Assembly (NCBI GenBank): GCA_013416795.1
Contig: RQSC01000240.1
Location: forward strand, 6,970-25,171
DNA from: Prasinococcaceae sp. CCMP 1430
Lineage: Eukaryota; Plantae; Prasinodermophyta
DNA: 18,202 nt
Direction of reading: 5' to 3'
The position numbers and the translations under genes were made by a program. This document shows, piece after piece, positions 10,887 to 18,202 of this stretch. The notes beneath the pieces were generated by a model. That model saw only the letters and a list, made by a program, of their open reading frames with translations, had not been told where the DNA came from and did no database searches. Every line of letters starts with the position of its first letter. The stretch's first letter is position 1.

Positions 10887-12425
10887 GGCGCGCGCGTGCG
10901 CGCGCGTGGCGTGCGTGTGCGCGGGGGCGCGCGCGCGCAGCCGCCGCGCGCCGCCGGCAGCGCAGCAGCAGCGGGGGGGGGGATGGGGCGCCGAGCCGGC
11001 GTGGGCGTCGTCGTTGCGGTCGGCAGGCGCGGCCGCAGCGCTCGCCGCTGCCATCGCTGTGCCGCCAGCGGGCGCAGCAGACATGGCCAAGGTGGGCGTG
11101 TGCCTGCTGCAGGACTGCAAGCTCGAGCTCGCGGGGTGCCTCGCCGATGCGACGTGCACCGAGTCACTGCTGTGCCTGCAGACGTGCCAGGGCCGGGAGG
11201 ACGAGAGCGACTGCCAGGTGCAGTGCGGCGACCAATTCAACGACGACGCCGTGCAGCGCTTCAACACGTGCGCGGTGACGGAGGAGAAGTGCGTTCCGCA
11301 GCAGCAGGACGGCGAGTCGATTTACCCGCTGCCCGACGAGGCGGCGCTCGTGCCCGAGTTCCCCACCGACCTCTTCGTAGGAGACTGGTGGATCACCGCA
11401 GGGCAGAACAAGCTGTTTGATATTTTCGACTGCCAGCTACACACGTTCAGTGCGCCTGGGCCCGGCCAGATCAGCGGCGACATCCGCTGGCGTGTGCAGG
11501 ACAAGGTGCAGCAGTCGCTGGGGCGGAAAGGCGCGTTCTTCGAGAACGAGGTGACTCAGGACTTCGTGCAGAGGCCCGACAAGCCATTCCTCCTGGAGAA
11601 CCACGATAACGAGTACCTCCACTACACAGACGATTGGTACATCGTCGACTACGACATCTCCGGGAACGGTGAGTGTGTGGCGCGCGCGTGGGCGCGGGGG
11701 CAACAGCCGCGCGGGTTTCGTCGTCGCTCGATGCGCGCGCGCGCGTGCCGGCCATCGGGCCCTCCCTGTTCTTGGTTGCACCCGTGTCTGACCGCGTGAC
11801 GGCGCTGCAGACGACACCGACTTCGTACTCATCTACTACCGCGGCTCGAACGACGCGTGGGACGGCTACGGCGGGGCGGTGGTGTACACTCGCGCGCGCG
11901 CGTTTCCTGAGGCCATCCGCGCGCGCGTGACTGAGGGCTGCAAGCGCGTCGGGTACGACTTCGAGACGGACTTGTTCATCACGGACAACACGTGCGTGGC
12001 GCCGCGAGCGCCGCACGCGGCCCGGACGCCGCACACGCGTATGAGTGCGCTCGCGCGACCCGCGCGCGTGCGGTACCTGACGCGCCCTCCGCGCGTGGAA
12101 ATTCCTGCGCACCTCGTCCTGCAGGTGCAAGCCGCAGCCCCCGCCGCTGAGGGAGGTCCTGGAGGAGGACATCGAGAAGAAGATTGTGAATGAATCCAAG
12201 CGCGTCAAGGGCCTGCGCGCGGACAGCGTGCTAAGCACCTCGACGCTGCGCGCACTCGCGCAGTACGCCGATTCGATCCAGCTCAAGGAAGAAGGCTTCG
12301 TCGAGACCGCGCGAGAGTACTCGAGGGCAGCCGGCGGCGGCTACCTCAAGGCAGACAGCTTCCTCAACATCGACCAGCTCCGGGCGCTCTCAGATTTTGC
12401 ACAGAAGCTCGGATTCAGGGGCTGA
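10885..12425 (+). CDS. VDE1: Violaxanthin de-epoxidase (plant-type lipocalin VDE); exons 10885-11668, 11811-11991, 12125-12425
   Basis: Bipartite targeting-like N-terminus ending AAAALAAAIAVPPAGAA; Cys-rich domain (CLLQDCKLELAGC...CLQTC...CQVQCGD); lipocalin motifs FDCQLH, NHDNEYLHYTDDWYI and YYRGSNDAWDGYGGAVVYTR; TDNT|C junction. Both introns are GT-AG and restore the frame. Confidence 0.97.
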
Positions 12426-12642
12426 GCGTGGCCGAGACCCGCGCGCCGCGCTCGCGCGCATGCCGCAGGAGGCCAGGGTGCGGGGCGCAGGAGGCCAGGG
12501 GGGGGGGGGGGCTCCCGAATGAGGGCGCGCCCGCGCCACTATCGCCTCGTTTGTATATACACGATAGGTACTGCTATGAATGGCGTCCGTTGCGATCCGC
12601 CGCGAGACGAAATAGAACAGCTGCTGCATTACAAGAGAGTCT

Positions 12643-13536
12643 TCACTTCTTCTTGATCTCCCTGTGCAGCGTCATCCTGCGCAGGTACTTGTTGTACTTC
12701 ATGAGCTCCAGGCGGTCCGGCGTGTTGCGGCGGTTCTGCAGAGCGCCACGGCAGGGGCGACAGGATGGCGCGTACGCAGTGGTCGGCGCGGCGGGAGCGC
12801 GTGCGTCGGTGCGATGACGAACACAGGGCGAGTGGGCGTGTGGCGCACACGAGCGGCCATGGGCAACCGAGCAGTGGCGACCAGGGGGGCGAGTGCACCC
12901 GGTGGCGCGCGACAACAAGCGACACAGTGACAGCGCGCTGCCGCGTCAGCAAGCGAGCGGTCACGAGCGATGGCACACAAGAATCACAGCGGGGACGGGC
13001 AACACGCGCGCGCGCACACATACACCACACCACCCCCGGCTTTCGGTCTCGCCGCATGCAGCGCGCGGCGTTCGGGTGACCCAGCGCCCACACCGACGAG
13101 CCTCCATGCCACCCGCCGCGAAGGGGAACGAGAGGCAAAGGAGCGCGCGGGGAAGGCGGGGCGGGGAGCGTTGATGGCCGGGCAGAGACGGGTGGGAATC
13201 CATCCGCGCCTGCGCCCGCAGCGCGCCGCCGCTGCCGCCGCCGCCGCCATCCCAAAGGAGGCTGCCTGAGGGTTTTGGGGGGTAGTACAAAACGCACTGA
13301 AGCGCGCGCGCTGGAGCGGCCCGCTCGCCGCCGCCCCGCGGCCTCTCACGCCCCCTGGACCCCCCTCCCCCGCGGCCCGGCACGCCCCGCGCGCGCCCCT
13401 CATGCGCTCGCGCGCGCCTCGCCCGCACCTTCTGCGTGGTGTAGCGCGAGACGCCGTTGCGCACGTCCGCGGCCTGCGCGCGCTGCTCGGTGCACTCGAG
13501 CGTGATGGTGGAGCGCACGTCCTTCTTCTTGGCCAT
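12643..13536 (-). CDS. rpl33: Plastid-type 50S ribosomal protein bL33; exons 13536-13429, 12735-12643 (66 aa)
   Basis: [17 protein letters not shown]...GVSRYTTQK|[30 protein letters not shown] is cyanobacterial/chlorophyte-type L33; 693-nt GT-AG intron (AAG|GTGCGG...TGCAG|AAC). Confidence 0.95.
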
Positions 13537-13762
13537 GCACACGGCCACGCGGCGTTGTCGTCAGCCCCTCGGTGACCGCTGGCACCATCGGCACCACTGC
13601 TCGCAGGCAGGGCCTCTCAACGACCTGCCGCCCGAGGTGATCCAAAAAAAAAAAAGCCCCGAAAAGGTGTCCGCCCATTTCGCCACCCGCCGTTTCGATC
13701 GGAATCGGAATAAATCTATATTTCTCTCACCCGATCGAGCCCCCAAAAAGAACGGTCGATTG
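13537..13762. promoter_or_regulatory. Probable bidirectional promoter between rpl33 and BASS
   Basis: 226-bp spacer between divergent ATGs, lower GC, poly(A) tract at ~13644-13655, AATAAATCT and GATCG motifs. Confidence 0.55.
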
Positions 13763-15140
13763 ATGCATTTCGCGCGCTCTTCCGCTTTCTGTTCCGCCTG
13801 CGTTTTTTCCCGCGCCACCGTGGATTCCACATTTTCCACGCAAGACCGTGGATTCCATCGCCCTCATCGCGCCTCCAGCGCCGGCCAAACGCCCGTCAAC
13901 TCGCACCCGGCGGCGCCCCGCGCGGCGCCGGCGCCGCCGACGGCGTTCGAGGTGAGCTCAACGCACACGCAAGCACACACACGCAAGCACACACACGCGA
14001 GCACACACACGCATACACGCATGAACACACACGAGCACACGCACGCGCTGGCACGCACACGCCTACACGCGCAACTGCAGGACGCGCGAGTGCATGCGCA
14101 TCCCGCGCCGGCTCGCTCCTGTGTGCTCACGCCGGCGCGCGCTCCCTCCCCCACGTGTTTCCCCTACACACACACACACGCACCTCCGCTTTCCCGGCCC
14201 CGCCCTGTAGCGCACGTGCGGCCGCGTGGCGTCGCTGTATCCCGCCTACGTGGCGTTCGGCGCGGCGCTCGCGCTCTTTCGCCCGGAGGCGTACGCGTCC
14301 TTTGGCGTGCCGCCGTCCCTCTTCGGCCCGGCGCTCGCGCTCATCATGCTGGCGATGGGCCTCACCACCGACGCAAAGGTAGGCGCGTGCATGTGCGCAG
14401 GCGCACGCCGCGCACGCCCCCACTCGCATGCACATCCGCACGCTCACACGCACACGCGCGCACACACACACGCACGCACACACACACACGCACACACACA
14501 CACGCACACACACACACGCACACACACACACGCACACACACACACGCACACACACACAAAAAAAACACACAAACAAACACACACAACGCACCTCGCCACC
14601 GCCTCCGCAGGAGCTCGCCGCCGCGCTTGGCCAGCGCCGGGCGCTGGCGCTCGGCATGGCGCTGCAGTACGGCCTCATGCCGGCGCTCGCCGCGGCGGCC
14701 GCGAGCCTCCTCGCCCTGCCGGCGCCCCTCGCCGCGGGCGTGGTGCTGCTCTTCAGCTGCCCCGGCGGCACGGCGAGCAACCTCGTCACGCACCTCGCGG
14801 GCGGCGACGTGGGCCTGTCCGTGCTCATGACGTCGGCGAGCACGCTGGCGGCGGTGGTGGCGACCCCCGCGCTCACGGCGTTCTACGCGGGCGCGCTCGT
14901 GCCGGTGGACGCCGGTGCCATGGCGGCGTCGGCGCTGCTGCTCGTGCTGGCGCCATGCCTCGGCGGCAGGTGCGCTCGCCGACGCGCGACCGTGCGTGCG
15001 AGCGCACAGGCGCCCAATCACGCCCCGTGGAGCGCTGACACGCGCTTGCGGGCGCACCGCACGCACGCGCGCGCGCGGCAACCAACTCGCGCCTGCGCCC
15101 CGCGCGTGCGACAGCGCGCTGCGTGCCGCGCTGCCTGACG

Positions 15141-15179
<39 letters not shown>

Positions 15180-15475
15180 CGTGTGTGTGTGTGTGTGTGT
15201 GTGCGTGCGTGTGTGTGTGTGTGTGTGTGCATGTGTGTGTGTGCGTGTGTGTGTGTGCGCGCGTGTGCGTGTGTGCGTGTGTGTGCATTCTCAGGCCGGC
15301 GTCAGCTCAAGAGCACGCACGCGCGTCGCCGCCGACGCGCGCGGGCGTCGGCGCAGCGGCGCACGCGCACCTTGTACGCCGCGAGCGCGGGCGCGAGCAC
15401 GCAAGCGACGGCGACGCCCGCGCGCATCCTGCCGAGGTGGCGGGCGTACGCGCGCGCGTACGCCGAGTCGTCCAT

Positions 15476-15506
<31 letters not shown>

Positions 15507-17425
15507 GTGTGTGTGTGTGTGTGTGTGTGTGTCTGTGTCTGTGTGTGTGTGTTTGCCACGCGCGCCGAAACGCGGGCGAACGCGCACGCGCTCACGCGCG
15601 CATGCGCGCGGGCAAACGCACACGCACACACACGGCGCCCGGCTGCGCGCCGCGTGCCACGCGTGCACTGTGGTGCACGCTCCACCCCCCTCTTCGCACA
15701 TGCGCGCACACACGCACGCACACACGCACGCGCACGCACACACACACACATGCACACACACACGCACGGAGGTTCCGTTTTTGTTTTTTTTTAAGGGTTA
15801 ATAATCAGGGTTCAGGTCTACCTCGATGCTGCAGAGGGTGTTGGCGGCGCCAGTGGGGGCGCCCGCGGCGCCGCCCGCGGCGATGGCCCTCGTCGCGGCG
15901 CGGGGCCGNNNNNNNNNNNNNNNNNNNNNNNNNNNNNNNNNNNNNNNNNNNNNNNNNNNNNNNNNNNNNNNNNNNNNNNNNNNNNNNNNNNNNNNNNNNN
16001 NNNNNNNNNNNNNNNNNNNNNNNNNNNNNNNNNNNNNNNNNNNNNNNNNNNNNNNNNNNNNNNNNNNNNNNNNNNNNNNNNNNNNNNNNNNNNNNNNNNN
16101 NNNNNNNNNNNNNNNNNNNNNNNNNNNNNNNNNNNNNNNNNNNNNNNNNNNNNNNNNNNNNNNNNNNNNNNNNNNNNNNNNNNNNNNNNNNNNNNNNNNN
16201 NNNNNNNNNNNNNNNNNNNNNNNNNNNNNNNNNNNNNNNNNNNNNNNNNNNNNNNNNNNNNNNNNNNNNNNNNNNNNNNNNNNNNNNNNNNNNNNNNNNN
16301 NNNNNNNNNNNNNNNNNNNNNNNNNNNNNNNNNNNNNNNNNNNNNNNNNNNNNNNNNNNNNNNNNNNNNNNNNNNNNNNNNNNNNNNNNNNNNNNNNNNN
16401 NNNNNNNNNNNNNNNNNNNNNNNNNNNNNNNNNNNNNNNNNNNNNNNNNNNNNNNNNNNNNNNNNNNNNNNNNNNNNNNNNNNNNNNNNNNNNNNNNNNN
16501 NNNNNNNNNNNNNNNNNNNNNNNNNNNNNNNNNNNNNNNNNNNNNNNNNNNNNNNNNNNNNNNNNNNNNNNNNNNNNNNNNNNNNNNNNNNNNNNNNNNN
16601 NNNNNNNNNNNNNNNNNNNNNNNNNNNNNNNNNNNNNNNNNNNNNNNNNNNNNNNNNNNNNNNNNNNNNNNNNNNNNNNNNNNNNNNNNNNNNNNNNNNN
16701 NNNNNNNNNNNNNNNNNNNNNNNNNNNNNNNNNNNNNNNNNNNNNNNNNNNNNNNNNNNNNNNNNNNNNNNNNNNNNNNNNNNNNNNNNNNNNNNNNNNN
16801 NNNNNNNNNNNNNNNNNNNNNNNNNNNNNNNNNNNNNNNNNNNNNNNNNNNNNNNNNNNNNNNNNNNNNNNNNCTGCTGAGCGCGGCGCTCACGTGCTCG
16901 GCGTTCGCCGCCAACGGCGGCGTGCTGCGCGACGCGCTGTTCGGCACGGCCGCGGGCGCCGCGGGCGCGAGCTCCGCCGCGGCCCTGTCGGCGTGCGCGC
17001 TGCTGATGGCGCTCCACGGTGCCGCCTTCGCAGCGGGTGGCCTTGCGGGGCGCGCCGCAGGCCTGAAACGCAAGGCGGCCGCGGCCGTCGCCGTCGAGGT
17101 GCGCGCGGTGGCGCTCATGCGCACGTACGCGCACGCCAGCGCGAGCACGCGGCTGGGCGGGCTCGTCAAGCGCGCGCGCCTGCTGACACCCTCATGCGCA
17201 CGCACGCGCGCACGTGCACACGCGCGCTGCACGCGCCGAACGCACGCGCAGGCGGGCATGCAGAACTCGGTGATGGCGGTGGCGCTTGCTGGCGCGCACT
17301 TTGCCGACGCGGCCGTGGCGCTGCCCGGCGCCGCCTCGGCCGTCGTCATGAATGTCATGGCGGCGGCTGTCGCCACGGCGCTCAGGAGGTGGACCGCAGG
17401 AACGGACGGACGCCCGCGAGCCTAA
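13763..17425 (+). CDS. Bile acid:sodium symporter (BASS/SBF) family plastid transporter; exons 13763-13951, 14211-14378, 14611-14969, [short exon presumed in gap], <=16875-17098, 17252-17425
   Basis: Ser/Arg/Ala-rich transit-like exon 1; LYPAYV, LALIMLAMGLT, QYGLMP, SCPGGTASNLVT, GDVGLSVLMT and VE|AGMQNS are BASS hallmarks. About 22 residues expected between LGGR and LLSAALTC are not visible and probably lie in gap 15909-16874. Confidence 0.9.
15371..15475 (-). CDS. Putative antisense exon nested in a BASS intron (MDDSAYARAYARHLGRMRAGVAVACVLAPALAAYK)
   Basis: ATG at 15475; 34 of 35 codons end in G/C; consensus donor AAG|GTGCGC at 15370, followed by a minus-strand CA-rich tract ending in CAG near 15135. 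Confidence 0.45.
15482..15532. repeat. Perfect inverted microsatellite (CA)n-G-(TG)n with 25-bp arms
   Basis: Arms 15482-15506 and 15508-15532 are exact reverse complements around G15507. Confidence 0.95.
15909..16874. other. Assembly gap (N run)
   Basis: Run of N inside the BASS gene. Confidence 1.
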
Positions 17426-17649
17426 TAATAAACGCATGAGGCGGTCACACGTGTATGTACGCGGATGTGTGCGCGTGTGGACGTGTGCGCTCGCGCGCGT
17501 GTGTGATGGTGAACGTGCACGCGCACCGTCATCAACACGCGCGCCCGCGCGTCCCGGCAGGCGCGAGCGGCGCACGCGCATGCACACGGGCAACGACTTC
17601 ATGCCAATGTATTAATATTAGACTCGCGTGCGCGCTCCTAGCCATGTAG

Positions 17650-18202
17650 CTAGAAGAGGAAGGAGAACAGCCTGAAGAAGAGGCTGAGCGTCGCGAGGTC
17701 GTCCACCTCGGCGCCGGTGAGCCCCTGCCGTAGCCACAGCAGCGCGAGCTTGGGGCTGAGCGTCTGCAGGTAGTACTCGGCGCTGCGCAGCAGCATGTGG
17801 CCCGAGCCCGCGCGTCGCAGGTCGCCGCCGGGGCCCGGACGCGCTCGCGCCCCAGGGGAGGCATCCACCGCCTCCGCCTCCGCCTCCGCCGCGGCCTCGT
17901 GCGCCGCCTCGGCGGACCCACCTGCCTCGGCGGACGCGGCGGCGGACGGTTTGCGCGGCTTGCGCCGCGCCATTCGCCTCCTGGTTGCAGACAGCGCGGC
18001 GATCCACGCGCTGGCGGCGCCCTGCAGGTTGAGCTCGACGTACACCAGCCACAGCGCCACCAGCCGGCAGGCAAAGACGACCGCGAAGCCGGCCCACACG
18101 TACGCGCCGCGCCCGCTTCGCACGACGCACGCGCGCGCGCGGCCGGCGACGCCGCCTGCTGCGCCCGTGGACGCACGCGCCGACGCGCCTGCCACCGCGG
18201 GC
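17650..18202 (-). CDS. 3' part of an unidentified membrane protein entering from the right edge
   Basis: GC3-rich frame with a hydrophobic segment YVWAGFAVVFACRLVALWLVYV, an Ala/Glu-rich linker and C-terminus EYYLQTLSPKLALLWLRQG...LSLFFRLFSFLF*. No family recognised. Confidence 0.55.
   Translation of the reverse strand, partial: PAVAGASARASTGAAGGVAGRARACVVRSGRGAYVWAGFAVVFACRLVALWLVYVELNLQGAASAWIAALSATRRRMARRKPRKPSAAASAEAGGSAEAAHEAAAEAEAEAVDASPGARARPGPGGDLRRAGSGHMLLRSAEYYLQTLSPKLALLWLRQGLTGAEVDDLATLSLFFRLFSFLF

Noticed and set aside
12736-13428. Possible snoRNA in the 693-nt rpl33 intron
   Set aside because: No box C (RTGATGA) paired with a box D on the sense strand; only a 6-bp hairpin GTTTTG/CAAAAC at 13272-13294.
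15295-15475. Plus-strand exon after TCTCAG as the missing BASS segment
   Set aside because: The in-frame translation (RPASAQEHARASPP...) is hydrophilic and lacks BASS similarity.

Overview
Eukaryotic, very GC-rich, intron-containing nuclear DNA from a draft scaffold with four N-gaps. It most likely comes from a green alga: it has a nuclear chlorophyte-type plastid L33, a plant-type VDE and a NEF1 homolog (inference). Most long ORFs in the supplied track are microsatellite or antisense artefacts. Manual splicing supports nine host genes in strictly alternating orientation: a partial Ala-rich gene (-), NEF1-like (+), choline-transporter-like CTL/SLC44 (-), CIR1/Cir_N-like (+), HINT1/HIT (-), violaxanthin de-epoxidase (+), plastid rpl33 (-), a BASS Na+/solute symporter (+) and a partial unknown membrane protein (-). 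The most notable observations are: (1) the HINT1 and VDE start codons overlap on one CATG palindrome; (2) a codon-biased antisense exon is nested in a BASS intron; (3) a ~1 kb low-GC island carries a stop-interrupted ORF; (4) NEF1 has no nearby AUG and rpl33 has no encodable transit peptide; (5) a GC donor and an AAG acceptor are implied by homology; (6) intron microsatellites are polarised as CA on the sense strand. All protein calls come from recalled motifs; no searches were run.
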